The notes beneath the pieces are model-generated. The model saw only the letters and a program-made list of their open reading frames with translations. It had not been told where the DNA came from and did no database searches. From Bdellovibrionales bacterium (lineage in GTDB: Bacteria; Bdellovibrionota; Bdellovibrionia; Bdellovibrionales; JAGQZY01), in the NCBI GenBank assembly GCA_964230645.1, contig CAXRHT010000002.1, positions 704,001 through 768,000 on the forward strand: a stretch of 64,000 bases of DNA, read 5' to 3'. Numbering within the stretch: position 1 is the first letter of the stretch; each line of letters opens with the position of its first letter. A program made the position numbers and the translations under genes. Below, piece by piece: positions 39,301 to 48,783 of the stretch.

Positions 39301-40313
39301 GACTCAGTGGAATGACTGACAACATTGCCAAAAGCGTCCCTTAACAACACTTCAATAACTGGATTGATGGTCTCATAGGAATCAGTCGAACTAGGTTGTA
39401 CCTGGAAAAAAAGATTGTCGGTCTCCCCGGCACTAAAAACGATATCCTGAGTGCTGGTAACATCAAGCCCCGTGCCCCCTGAATCAATAAGACCTAGGAA
39501 AACTTGCTCAGCGACTTGATTCTGTAAATCGATCCGTCCCTCCCCTGCTGTTAGAGTAAGGACTCCTTCTCCGGTGGCTGATCCAGAGGCTGTCAACGTG
39601 ACCTCTCCTGAATAATCATCCACCCTGATTCCAGTGCTCGTCTGAGCTTGAACAACGATACTTGTACTCAAACCGACAGTTGTATCGCTAGGATCTAGGA
39701 TGACCAATTGGGTGGGCATTGGTTTTTTAATCGGCTCTGGTTCTCTAATGTCTCCAATACTCAGTTCTAAAGATTCCTGCTGACCCGCCTGGCAGAAACT
39801 AAAACCCTGACTGGCTATACGAGTAGAGACATAACGCTCTAAAATCATTTTTTCTGATATGATAGCACAGGTGGAATAGTTATTTTGAAAGTTGATCGGC
39901 TCTTTTGAGGACTGACATTGAAAGTAATCACTCTGACAGGAGGAAACCTCATTAAGGTTTGAGCCTTGAAAACATTTGCGACCAGAAAGAGGAACAAAAA
40001 AAGTTTCGCCCTTCTCCTGCCCTAACTTCACTTTCCATTCGGTTTTTTCAAAGCAGTCGCGGTCACCTCTTTGAAAAAAAACTTTTTCCCCCGGTTGGTA
40101 GAAAAGAGAAAGATAGTATTTGTTCTGAGTGGGCGCACCATCACAGGTAATAGAGGAAACAACCCAAGAGTGACTTGAGTTAGAACAACTCAACTCAATG
40201 GCTAAATCCTTATTTTCATCCTGGGTACAACCCAAAACAAAAATGAGAGGGAAAATACATAAACAAAGATTTGCATAAGCTTTTATTTCAGACCCTAAAA
40301 CGTACCACATCAC
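36366..40313 (-). CDS. Large surface protein with 8 Calx-beta-like repeats (adhesin-like)
   Basis: Eight ~110-aa repeats with FxxxNWxxxQ..V.G.DD...DG; possible lipobox FVLGC; Cys-rich N-terminus. Start uncertain. Confidence 0.82.
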   Translation of the reverse strand: MMWYVLGSEIKAYANLCLCIFPLIFVLGCTQDENKDLAIELSCSNSSHSWVVSSITCDGAPTQNKYYLSLFYQPGEKVFFQRGDRDCFEKTEWKVKLGQEKGETFFVPLSGRKCFQGSNLNEVSSCQSDYFQCQSSKEPINFQNNYSTCAIISEKMILERYVSTRIASQGFSFCQAGQQESLELSIGDIREPEPIKKPMPTQLVILDPSDTTVGLSTSIVVQAQTSTGIRVDDYSGEVTLTASGSATGEGVLTLTAGEGRIDLQNQVAEQVFLGLIDSGGTGLDVTSTQDIVFSAGETDNLFFQVQPSSTDSYETINPVIEVLLRDAFGNVVSHSTESVTLSLGEDPSAGSASLIGGVTQNATGGVARFDDINIDYPALGYRLQASTAGGISVLSALFDINPTGIVEVSDLSQTFTDENGAHVRLDLRLNKKPLADVEIPLQVSDSTEASLNTSLIRFTPSNWSTPQVIQVTGLSDSLADGNVEFQFELLETLTSDPNFQNIDLDDYRLVNVDSGASPGVQVSSLVGEIDEFGATGVFSVVLESPPTQQVDIDLTVSDSTEVAINKTKLIFNQENWHVAQEVNVQGLDDALEDGDQPFRINIAPTISANPAYDGIDPRDIEGFNFDNDKVGIHVTNISSDTSESGDSAQFSVRLSSAPSGNVTLPLQSTNTNEGDVDKTSLVFTPSNWRTPQWVIVQGLDDAKQDGDQIYSIELQATSSSDLNYNGINPPDIFLRNLDNDSHGFIISELTGDTDEEGSEQSFTVKLQSPPADFVDLSFNVSDSSEIRLDKTSLRFEAANWNQSQTVTVEGLDDALQDGDQNVEVKFNASSSTDPNYNNLILTGLELKNLDNDSTGFRFNPSLGLVTSEGGNRANLKVSLKSAPSGEVTLNFNNPDLTEVALSKSTLVFNGSNWMQEQEVIFSGVDDALQDGTILINVITEPASSSDPNYNNLDPQDIVVSNQDDDTPGIRVTPLTGNTDRITLNEAGGEQVVFLSLASEPTSNVTLNFSSNDPSEGSVSKSQLAFTKDNWNIPQEFTVSSVDDLIQDGPTDWEVEFAAPVSADADYAALLIKSVFVTTKDDDTPGVSVFPDTQNHPVIVNEYGSSQEFEIVLNSEPTEVVTVSIASRDNSEANTSTPVIRFTPDNWNVAQTVIINGVDDNNFDNHRNVNFSLNVNSPDPSYNGVGVNDIRALCIDNELREIFATPSTSAGAGAVKTSEQGKGAFIDVLLTTQPSDLVFLPYASSDNSEGVVSGNQLIFTPENWDSPQRIWITGVDDDIKDGDQSYQLQFGQAASNDFGYRRERPDNMNLINLDDD

Positions 40314-40467
40314 ATATAACTATCGGTAATCAGGAAATTTTCATGAGCTATGTGGATCCTTCTACACAAAAAAGCAGTGGACTTTCTTTGAACCGTCTCA
40401 TTTTGAGATTAGCCTCAACTTTTGTCACTTTTCCAAGACTCAAAATGAATGAGACGAGTCTGTTTTT

Positions 40468-41496
40468 TTAGCGGGACGGAGGAGTGTAGTTGAGAATAGA
40501 GTTATAAACACCCGCTACAACTAAACTCATTTTATTATAGTCCAGTCTAGAGGCGGTGTCGCCGGGTTCGTGGTATTCTCGGTTTCTTAAAAAAGCGGTG
40601 TCTGTCACCATAACGGCTTTCCATCCGTATCTCCAGTAACTGCGATGATCAGAATAATCGACACCTTCAAGCCCTGGGGGTGCGCTGATGGAATAGGTGT
40701 TTAGGTCTGCAATAGCAAAAAATGATTTTTTTAACTCCTGGACAACTTGATACTCTTTTGCTGTCCCAACAAGTCCAATGAAATTCCCCTTCCAAGGGTA
40801 AAAAAGTCCAAGCAATAAGATATTAAAATGTTGGGAAAACCACTTCTCTGAAAAATATCCGATCATTTCTAGGGAAAACATCAACTCCACTCTCTGCTTT
40901 TGTTTCATCAAACTTCTAGCATGAACGGCACTTCCCATATTGCGAGTGGCGAAATAAGGGGGCTCTTCTGTGGTGTAGGCGACGAACTGAACCGGATATT
41001 GAAGTCCCGGATTTTTTTGTTTGAAAAGTTTGGCGAGCTCTAAAAGCCCCGCCACCCCGCTGGCATTGTCATCAGCTCCTGGGTTGGTCTTACCGTGAGA
41101 GTCGTAGTGAGCTCCAACCACGATCCAAGAATAAGGAGAAGAGGAATCGAAGTTTTCTGGGTACCACTTTACGATAATATTATAGGTATCAAGGCCTTCA
41201 ATAGGAACAGCCTGTGTCTCCACTCCGTAACCCATTTCTTCAAATTCCCTTATAATATACTGGGCAGCTTTTTCCAGGGACTCGGGATGGTGAACGCTTC
41301 GAGTGGGAGTAAGCCCCGCGAGGAATTCCACATGCTCTCGAAGATCACTCGGCTCGGGGGAGGCGAGCCACGGATTTCGCCCATAAGATCCTGTAACAGG
41401 AGCTCTAAGTGCAAAGAAAAGCGCTGTGTACAGAGCCATAAAAACTATGGCGCTAAGAAGCCCAATTCGTTTTAAAGATACTTTCAGTAGAGTCAT
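40468..41496 (-). CDS. M28 family metallopeptidase
   Basis: VVGAHYDS, PGADDNASG, TTEEPP, SLEMIG, SDH, YHEPGD. Confidence 0.92.
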   Translation of the reverse strand: MTLLKVSLKRIGLLSAIVFMALYTALFFALRAPVTGSYGRNPWLASPEPSDLREHVEFLAGLTPTRSVHHPESLEKAAQYIIREFEEMGYGVETQAVPIEGLDTYNIIVKWYPENFDSSSPYSWIVVGAHYDSHGKTNPGADDNASGVAGLLELAKLFKQKNPGLQYPVQFVAYTTEEPPYFATRNMGSAVHARSLMKQKQRVELMFSLEMIGYFSEKWFSQHFNILLLGLFYPWKGNFIGLVGTAKEYQVVQELKKSFFAIADLNTYSISAPPGLEGVDYSDHRSYWRYGWKAVMVTDTAFLRNREYHEPGDTASRLDYNKMSLVVAGVYNSILNYTPPSR

Positions 41497-41721
41497 GAGG
41501 GCAGTGTATGTCGAAAAAAATGATTTTCAAATGCCTTTTGCTCTGTAGCCTGTAAGGCTAACTCATTGGCCCGGAAGCCTTTAATTGGGGCTAGAATCTA
41601 TTGTGATTAATTTTTAATCAGATATTTTTTAGTTTTCTTCTCAACCCCTTTGAAACCCCACCTCGTCCTTTACAAAGGGTTCAAGCTTAAGGTTAAATAA
41701 AGGAAATTTCGGGGAGGGAAT

Positions 41722-42396
41722 ATGAATTCTTTTAAGCGTTTCGCTTTTGTATTATTAACTGTACTTCTAGCCGCTGGATGCTCCAGTGATATGGATAACG
41801 ACCCAAGAGTGTTTGATGTCGAGCCAGGAGACACCCAAAAAAACACACCAGTGTTTCCAACAGACTTGACCGGCCTTGAACCTCTTAACCTCATCAACAC
41901 CAAATACGATCGTTTTGATCTGAACTGTAAACTTTGGACTCAGAAAGGGCTAGGATTAAATACGAATGTCACTCCTAATGATGAGTTCACTTGGAAAGTT
42001 TCGGAAATCTACAATCAATCAGCTCAACTGGTTTTACAAAGTGTTTTAGAAAGTTACCAAGTCGATGTGGAAATCCAAATTGATGAGATTTTTCACCTTA
42101 ATGCTCACAAAGTAAAAACCACAGACGACACTTTATACAATTTCAGTCATACCCCTGAAGTTCTTCTCGCTTATCAGTACAGCGGTAAGACGTTCAAAGG
42201 AAACCAGGTCACTATTGACTCGCAACACGAAGGTCGACTTCCCATCCTGGAGAAGGTCAATTATCAGGTTGTCGATCAAAGTCATAAAACAGCCGATGAC
42301 AACAATGTAAAATATCTTTCACAAGTGGACTGTGTGATTCTTTCTGAAATCAAAACACCTTATCAACAGCAGTTTCAAAAGACAGAAAGCAACTAA
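41722..42396 (+). CDS. Hypothetical lipoprotein
   Basis: Lipobox LLAAGC; GGAGG SD. Confidence 0.72.
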   Translation: MNSFKRFAFVLLTVLLAAGCSSDMDNDPRVFDVEPGDTQKNTPVFPTDLTGLEPLNLINTKYDRFDLNCKLWTQKGLGLNTNVTPNDEFTWKVSEIYNQSAQLVLQSVLESYQVDVEIQIDEIFHLNAHKVKTTDDTLYNFSHTPEVLLAYQYSGKTFKGNQVTIDSQHEGRLPILEKVNYQVVDQSHKTADDNNVKYLSQVDCVILSEIKTPYQQQFQKTESN

Positions 42397-42424
42397 TTTT
42401 TATACAACAATTAAAACGAAATCG

Positions 42425-42455
42425 AAGGTCACTTTTTTGTCAAAGTGACCTTTTT
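42425..42455 (+). terminator. Intrinsic terminator
   Basis: AAGGTCACTTT...AAAGTGACCTT followed by a T run. Confidence 0.6.
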
Positions 42456-42587
42456 ATTTTTGGTAGACATTGCTGATCGCAGACATTTCATCATCTGGCT
42501 AGAATATTGCTGAAAAGATTTCCCGCCTCCACTCTCCAAGTAGAAGCTTTTCTATACAGAGCGGGCTTCTTTTGCTAAGGTACCGCC

Positions 42588-44237
42588 ATGGAAAAACATT
42601 ACGATTACCTTATTGTGGGTGGTGGCTCAGCGGGTTGTGTTCTCGCCAATCGATTGAGCGAAGATAAGAACACAAAGGTTTTAATGCTTGAAGCTGGAAG
42701 GCCTGACTATTGGTGGGATATTTTTATCCACATGCCAGCCGCCCTCACCATACCTATCGGAAATAAAAATTATGACTGGTGTTATGAGTCAGAACCGGAA
42801 CCTCACCTTGGAGGACGACGGATCTTTCACGCAAGAGGGAAGGTTCTCGGAGGTTCGAGCTCAATTAATGGAATGATTTTCCAAAGAGGTAATCCCATGG
42901 ATTTTCAGCGCTGGGCCGCAGACTCCGGTATGGAAAATTGGGACTACTATCACTGTCTCCCCTATTTCAAGAAAATGGAAAACTGTATTGCTGGTGGTGA
43001 TGAGTATCGTGGGACTAAGGGGCCTCTTGAGCTCGAACGTGGACCAGGGAAAAATCCGCTTTTCCAAAGTTTTTTGCAGGCTTGCGAAGAGGCTGGGCAT
43101 CCACGCACAAAAGATGTGAACGGCTACCAGCAAGAGGGTTTTGCTCTTTTTGATCGAAATGTTAGGAAAGGACGCAGGCTTTCTGCAGCCAGAGCTTATT
43201 ACCATCCCGTAAAGAACCGAGAAAATTTGGAACTCAGAACCCGAGTCCACACCAACAAAATTTTATTTGATGGTTTAAAAGCGGTTGGAGTGGAATACCA
43301 AGACTCCCGTGGAAAAGTTCATCAAGTGAAAGCCAACGAAGTGATTCTTTGCACAGGGGCTGTAACCTCCCCTCAACTTCTCCAGCTCTCAGGCATCGGC
43401 AACCCGGAATTGCTGCAGTCTTTGGATATACCCGTAAAACTTCCATTAAACGGAGTGGGTGAAAACCTGCAGGACCATCTGGAAGTTTATGTTCAGTACA
43501 AATGCAAAAAGCCGGTCTCAATGAACCCGGCCTTAAAATGGTATCGCAAACCCGATATCGGACTGCAGTGGCTCTTTCGAAAAGGTCCAGCAGCAACAAA
43601 TCACTTTGAAGCCGGTGGTTTTATAAAGTCCAATGACAGCTATCAATACCCTAACCTGATGTTTCACTTTCTTCCACTAGCCGTGCGCTACGATGGCTCC
43701 TCTCCTGAGGGAGATCACGGCTATCAGGTGCATGTAGGCCCGATGTACTCAAACTCGCGTGGTAGCGTTAAGATTAAAACAACGAACCCTAAAGATTACC
43801 CTGCTCTTTTATTCAATTACCTCTCCACTGCCGAGGACGAACAGGAATGGGTGGAGGCGATTGAAAAAGCCAGAGAAATACTCTCGCAACCGGCCATGAA
43901 GGAGTTCAACGGCGGAGAAATTTCGCCGGGCCCTCAGGTAAAATCAAGAGAAGAAATTCTCGACTGGGTTCGTAGAGATAGCGAAACAGCCATTCACCCC
44001 TGTGGTACCTGTAAAATGGGAACAGACGAACTCTCAGTGGTTGATCCAAAGACTATGCGGGTCCATGGCACCGAAGGCCTAAGAATCGTTGACGGCTCGG
44101 TGATGCCCTACATTCCCAATGGAAATATCTACGCTCCCATTATGATGACAGCCGAAAAGTCCGCAGACCTAATCTTAGGAAAAACACCTTTAGTTCCTGA
44201 GAAAGTCGATTTTTATGCAGGCAAAGAGTCGGTTTAA
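42588..44237 (+). CDS. betA: Choline dehydrogenase (GMC oxidoreductase)
   Basis: [71 protein letters not shown]. Confidence 0.88.
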   Translation: MEKHYDYLIVGGGSAGCVLANRLSEDKNTKVLMLEAGRPDYWWDIFIHMPAALTIPIGNKNYDWCYESEPEPHLGGRRIFHARGKVLGGSSSINGMIFQRGNPMDFQRWAADSGMENWDYYHCLPYFKKMENCIAGGDEYRGTKGPLELERGPGKNPLFQSFLQACEEAGHPRTKDVNGYQQEGFALFDRNVRKGRRLSAARAYYHPVKNRENLELRTRVHTNKILFDGLKAVGVEYQDSRGKVHQVKANEVILCTGAVTSPQLLQLSGIGNPELLQSLDIPVKLPLNGVGENLQDHLEVYVQYKCKKPVSMNPALKWYRKPDIGLQWLFRKGPAATNHFEAGGFIKSNDSYQYPNLMFHFLPLAVRYDGSSPEGDHGYQVHVGPMYSNSRGSVKIKTTNPKDYPALLFNYLSTAEDEQEWVEAIEKAREILSQPAMKEFNGGEISPGPQVKSREEILDWVRRDSETAIHPCGTCKMGTDELSVVDPKTMRVHGTEGLRIVDGSVMPYIPNGNIYAPIMMTAEKSADLILGKTPLVPEKVDFYAGKESV

Positions 44238-44274
44238 AACAATAGCTCTAACGACTCCCTTTCTCCGTCCCACA

Positions 44275-44376
44275 TGCAGTCCTGGGCCCAAATGTCGTCC
44301 TGAGCTCAAATGCCGTCCTGAGCGCCAAATGTCGTCCTGGGCCCAAATGTCGTCCTGAGGCGAAGCCGAAGGACCT
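44275..44376. repeat. Third copy of the REP-like arm, preceded by 18-19-bp tandem units
   Basis: Four TG..GTCCTG..CAAA units (44275-44347), then the identical 29-mer at 44348-44376. Confidence 0.88.
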
Positions 44377-44517
44377 ATCAAGCCTCGATTCGAAGCCCAC
44401 AGCCCTCCCTACTTCAGATACCAATCGATTCCGCTTGAAAACGATCTATCTGTAGAATTTCGAGAAACTCATAGTCCTGAGTGGGATTGATGAGCTCGTT
44501 TAATTTCGCAAAATTAA

Positions 44518-45924
44518 TTAAAAAACCCGACTCTCACCATTTTCATAATTAAAATTTTGAAGTTCATTCCATATATAATTGATGACAGTGCTATAGTTAT
44601 TTCGAACTAGAGGATGAACGGTGTTGGGTATGTTTAGATTGTCTGGTGGCTGAGTTTTATAAATCGCAGAGTAAGTAATCAACGAAGCCAGGAAGTAGAG
44701 AGTCGGTTGCCCATGGGGAGCATCATCTTCATAAAGAGAAGTTAAGGGAATGCCCTGTAAAGGTGTTTGCGTAACCAGACCGCTAATAATAGGCCCCACT
44801 GGAATCATTTTAATCTGACTGCCAGGGCGAGCTGACAGCAGAGAGTCGTGATAGTCTAAAAACCACTGATGAAAATCACCGGTCCTGGTGTCACGGTTGT
44901 AACGCGCAAAATCCACTCCACCGGGGAAGGCCCCATAGCCTCCCATGTCGGGCCAGTTTTCATAAATGTAAAAGGGAATTCCTGGATGAGCCGCCCGCGA
45001 CTGATCATAAATTTCAAGGGTCGCGGATAAGGGACTCACCGACGGATTGTCAAAATAGGGAGCCGAAGGAGCCTGATACTGAATAAAATTGGCCGGCGTC
45101 ATCATAATCAAATTGAAATCGACCTGTGAAAAAGGCGTGTTCTCATTTGTCCAAGTCGAAGTCACATTGGGAAAACCCCACTGAGGGGAGATATTGTTAA
45201 AGTTGGCGTGATTTTGCAGAAAACCATACTGTCCGTCGGCGGCAAAACTTTTATTATCTTGTCCAGCAATCACCGACAGCCAGTGAGGGACTTTTTTCTC
45301 CTCCGTTGGACTGGGCGTATGCTCATGAACGATCAGGCTGTGACCAAAAATAAAAAGCCTTAGATCGTCGGGGCCCTCACTCACGGGAGGCTCCACGACA
45401 GGAGGTGGCTCAACTTCACAACTCCGGTGCACCAAAGGACCACTCCAATTAGAAAATTCTCCGTTGTTGCATTGCCTTGTTTGCGTCATGCCACTGCCGC
45501 AGCTCTGACCATAGGGAACAGTTTCTTGTGGATAAAAAGTTCCCACCTCAATGTCGCCATGAGGCGTGTTGCCACAAGAGGCGGTATTAACTCCTTGCAC
45601 TTCACAGGATGTAAACTGGTAGAGATCCGATCCTGAAAAAGAACTCCACTCCCCATTAAAGCAAGTTCGAGTGCGAGTTTGCCCCTCACACGTCGCTCCC
45701 CTTTCTTGCCGGTACATTCTTATTGATTCCGTTCCTAGGTGCGGAGTGGATCCACAGGAGAGCATAAGGGTTGGATTTTCGGTTTGAGGCCCTTGATTTT
45801 GGCTTTGCCCCGTCTTTTCTAAATTGGATTTAAAATCATTAGAACAATTCTGGAATAAAATCAGACAAAGCCCTACACTTAGTATAAGTATCAATTTTTT
45901 TTGATTTTTATAGGTGCCCACCAT
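44518..45924 (-). CDS. Lipoprotein with two Cys-rich TSP1-like repeats and an SGNH-like C-terminal domain
   Basis: LFQNC lipobox; repeats C..QTRTRTC..GEWS and QTRQC..GEFSNWS; FIFGHSL and DDAPH. Confidence 0.7.
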   Translation of the reverse strand: MVGTYKNQKKLILILSVGLCLILFQNCSNDFKSNLEKTGQSQNQGPQTENPTLMLSCGSTPHLGTESIRMYRQERGATCEGQTRTRTCFNGEWSSFSGSDLYQFTSCEVQGVNTASCGNTPHGDIEVGTFYPQETVPYGQSCGSGMTQTRQCNNGEFSNWSGPLVHRSCEVEPPPVVEPPVSEGPDDLRLFIFGHSLIVHEHTPSPTEEKKVPHWLSVIAGQDNKSFAADGQYGFLQNHANFNNISPQWGFPNVTSTWTNENTPFSQVDFNLIMMTPANFIQYQAPSAPYFDNPSVSPLSATLEIYDQSRAAHPGIPFYIYENWPDMGGYGAFPGGVDFARYNRDTRTGDFHQWFLDYHDSLLSARPGSQIKMIPVGPIISGLVTQTPLQGIPLTSLYEDDAPHGQPTLYFLASLITYSAIYKTQPPDNLNIPNTVHPLVRNNYSTVINYIWNELQNFNYENGESRVF

Positions 45925-46096
45925 TTCTCCCCAAACTCTTCCTTAATTATAAAGAAAAAACCGCTCAGGGAGAACTCTGGTCTCAATTTAGGAAAAATTG
46001 ATCACTTTTATGACAAGTTATTAAATGGCCTATTTTCCTAAAAGTGATTGTAATTAGCCAGATTTTGGAGAGACTGGAGCTCTAAGGAGCACCTCA

Positions 46097-46876
46097 ATGA
46101 AATTTTTTAACTTACTAATGACCCTCTTGATCACGACCTGCCTTTTATCTTGCGAGAAAAAATCAGACTCCACCAATCAAGAAAAAGAAATTCGAAACAA
46201 AGAAAGTACTCCCGGTAGTGATTTGAGTCTCAAGGAGCAATTAGCCCAGAGGGCTCGGCAGTCGGCTCACAAAACTCCCAGCGAAAAAAGAAAAATTATG
46301 ATTCAGGCGATCGAGGATCTCAAAACAAGCCAGGTGATGAAATCCGCTTTAAGAAAAGGCGACAAGATGCCTCACTTTCGCCTGAGAAACCCGCAGCGAG
46401 AGCCTATCACTTCAAAAAAACTTTTGGAAAAAGGTCCCATTGTCCTTGTTTTTTATCGCGGTGGCTGGTGCCCCTATTGCAATCTGCAACTAAGAGACTT
46501 ACAAAAAAACCTCGATGCTATTAAAGCACAAGGTGCCGAGCTTGTGGCGATCTCACCAGAGAGTCTGGAAGCCGCTGGTGATACCGTCAGTAAACAGAAA
46601 TTAGGTTACCACGTTCTCAGTGATCAATATGGTGCTGTGGGAAAAGAGTTTGGCCTCATGTTTAAACTTCCAAAAGATCTTATTTCCGTCTACAAAGACT
46701 TCGGAATTCACCTTGATAAAACCAATCAAACGAAAAAATGGGAATTACCTTTAGCGGCCACCTATATCGTGGATCAAAAAGGTGTGATCCGTTATGCCTT
46801 CGTTGAAGCGGACTATAAACTGCGGGCTGAAACCACTGAGATTATCAAAGAACTGGCCAAATTGAATAAACCCTAA
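46097..46876 (+). CDS. Peroxiredoxin-like AhpC/TSA lipoprotein
   Basis: Lipobox LLSC; FYRGGWCPYCNLQL, LVAISP, LPLAATYIVD. Confidence 0.9.
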   Translation: MKFFNLLMTLLITTCLLSCEKKSDSTNQEKEIRNKESTPGSDLSLKEQLAQRARQSAHKTPSEKRKIMIQAIEDLKTSQVMKSALRKGDKMPHFRLRNPQREPITSKKLLEKGPIVLVFYRGGWCPYCNLQLRDLQKNLDAIKAQGAELVAISPESLEAAGDTVSKQKLGYHVLSDQYGAVGKEFGLMFKLPKDLISVYKDFGIHLDKTNQTKKWELPLAATYIVDQKGVIRYAFVEADYKLRAETTEIIKELAKLNKP

Positions 46877-46878
46877 AG

Positions 46879-46913
46879 AAAAGGCTCTTTCCCAAAATTA
46901 AAGAGCCTTTTTT
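46879..46913. terminator. Bidirectional terminator between convergent genes
   Basis: AAAAGGCTCTTT-N9-AAAGAGCCTTTT. Confidence 0.72.
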
Positions 46914-46915
46914 AT

Positions 46916-47272
46916 TTAAACAAGACTCAAGGTAATATTCACCGAGTGAGTGTGACCGGCCACATTGGTGGATTCTAGTTGTACAGACTCTTGAGATAAG
47001 ATCTGAATCAATATCGATTCATCCAGCACGATCCCATGGGGGTGACCACTTTCTCCCTGAATATCCACTTCAATAGGGCCCATTTCTTTAGTTTCTTTTA
47101 ATAAGGCAATCACATCAGCGACTTCTAAAACCAAATCGTGTCCGTGGTTACTACCGATCTCAGTTGTGATTCTTACCCCTCCCACTTCTGTTTCAGCGGC
47201 TTTAAGACTAAATGGTAAACTCATCAGTGCGGCCGTACCACCGGCGACTTTAAAAAAATTTCTTCTTTGCAT
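46916..47272 (-). CDS. Tat-exported small protein with three HxH motifs (putative metal binding)
   Basis: MQRRNFFK twin-Arg signal; NHGH, GHPH, GHTH; GGAGG SD. Confidence 0.78.
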   Translation of the reverse strand: MQRRNFFKVAGGTAALMSLPFSLKAAETEVGGVRITTEIGSNHGHDLVLEVADVIALLKETKEMGPIEVDIQGESGHPHGIVLDESILIQILSQESVQLESTNVAGHTHSVNITLSLV

Positions 47273-47404
47273 CGGGACCTCCTCGATTCCTCGTTGTTTT
47301 CAAAATCCGTTATAAATAGAGAGTTAATGAAAATCGACTGAAAGCCCCTTGAAACCTTGTTGTGATTTGTTGGGAAAAATTCTGTGCTTTACAAGAAGCT
47401 AAAA

Positions 47405-47690
47405 TGCGAAAGGCCTGCATCCGGCAGGCCTTTTAAGTGGTAGGTTTTAGAGCGAGTGAACACTCGCAGGTTTAAAAGAAAATTTAGGCATCCCTTCCTC
47501 TGGGATGAGTGCGGTTTGAAGCCACCCCCAAACTGGGCTCAAAACCTTTTGCCGAAAAAACTAAAGACTCTCAAAGGAGTGATCCGGGGCCGCCCCCAAA
47601 TTCGGCCCGGGAACACATTGTCTGTTTCGACTCCCCAAATATAGGAAATCGAGGTCAATTATTCCACTCATCCCGTTGACAGAAACTTAA
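47405..47690 (-). ncRNA. Candidate structured ncRNA (unassigned family)
   Basis: 10-bp closing stem 47502-47511/47665-47674, three internal hairpins each containing CCCCAAA (plus-strand reading), a hairpin at 47452-47467 and a terminator-like hairpin at 47409-47434. G-U pairs favour the minus strand. Confidence 0.45.
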
Positions 47691-47782
47691 ATAAGTTGTC
47701 AGAATGATTGTGCTTTTTGACACTTTTCCTTGATTGTGTCAGAAAACTTCCTTTTTTCATTAAAGTCTGCCACCCTCTTTCT

Positions 47783-48325
47783 ATGGCTGAAGAAAATAAA
47801 AAAGATGATCTCTACTGGAAGGTTTTAAACTGTGCTCTTGAATTGGAGTTCAAAAAGGGACACCTAAAGTGGACGATCACAGAGCTTTCTCGAAAAAGCC
47901 AAATCACCCGGTCTTTGATCTACTATTATTTTGGACGCTCTAAAATGGATATCCTTCAGGCAGCGGTCAGTATTATCGGAGAAGAGTTTATCGGGATGAC
48001 CGAGGAGCGCAAAAAATTGTGGCTCGATGGAGAGCTTGAGGCCGGCCTCAGGAAGTCTCGTGAAATCTACGATAAAATGCCCTACCTGTGCGCTTTTTAT
48101 CTCTCCTACCGCGAACAGACCAATGAGATTGGAGACTCCTTAAAAAAGATAGAAAAGAACTTCAAACAAAAACTAAAGCAGGCTCTTCCCGGCGCTAGCC
48201 CCGAGCAACTTAATACGGTTTTTGCCGTCTATTTTGGAGTGGTCTACTCCCCTTTTGTGGGTGAAAAAGAAATTCGTCTCTTTACTCAGTTTATGAAAGA
48301 CATATTCGCACAAATCAATCGGTAA
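47783..48325 (+). CDS. TetR-like HTH regulator
   Basis: WTITELSRKSQITRSLIYYYFGRSK. Start moved to ATG 47783. Confidence 0.75.
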   Translation: MAEENKKDDLYWKVLNCALELEFKKGHLKWTITELSRKSQITRSLIYYYFGRSKMDILQAAVSIIGEEFIGMTEERKKLWLDGELEAGLRKSREIYDKMPYLCAFYLSYREQTNEIGDSLKKIEKNFKQKLKQALPGASPEQLNTVFAVYFGVVYSPFVGEKEIRLFTQFMKDIFAQINR

Positions 48326-48327
48326 CT

Positions 48328-48780
48328 ATGACGTCTGTGAACATTATCCAAACCCAAAATCTCAACCAGGATCAGATCAAAGCACTGACTTCACTAGAAA
48401 AAAAGGTCTTCCCCAACACCCCTACTCAAAAAAGCATACAAAAAAAACTTTCTTCAAAAGAAAATCTTTTAAGTTTTCTTGCTTATGAGGACCAAAACCT
48501 TATTGGTTGTAAAATTGGCTATCCTCTTGAAAGCAATGAATTCTATAGTTGGTATGGTGGCGTCGATCCCGCCTACAGAAAGAAGGGATATGCGCGCTTA
48601 ATGATGGAGTTGCAACATCAAGAACTGAAAAAAAGAGGCTACAAAAAAGTGATCACTAAAACCAGAGCCCCTTACAGAGAGATGCTAATACTAAACTTAC
48701 AACAAGGCTTTTACATAGTCCGTTGTGAGACCAAACCCCAGGTCGACTCAATCATAATTGTATTTGAAAAAAGCTTATAA
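48328..48780 (+). CDS. GNAT acetyltransferase
   Basis: FYSWYGGVDPAYRKKGYA..MLILNLQQGF. Confidence 0.88.
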   Translation: MTSVNIIQTQNLNQDQIKALTSLEKKVFPNTPTQKSIQKKLSSKENLLSFLAYEDQNLIGCKIGYPLESNEFYSWYGGVDPAYRKKGYARLMMELQHQELKKRGYKKVITKTRAPYREMLILNLQQGFYIVRCETKPQVDSIIIVFEKSL

Positions 48781-48783
48781 ACC

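Noticed and set aside
42588..44237. Glycine-betaine synthesis operon
   Set aside because: Only betA is present; there is no adjacent betB, betI or betT.
47456..47644. 62-aa ORF; also considered 6S RNA and c-di-GMP riboswitch
   Set aside because: The ORF has a GTG start and no recognisable features. The fold is multibranched rather than a 6S-like rod, and I could not match the GEMM consensus by eye.
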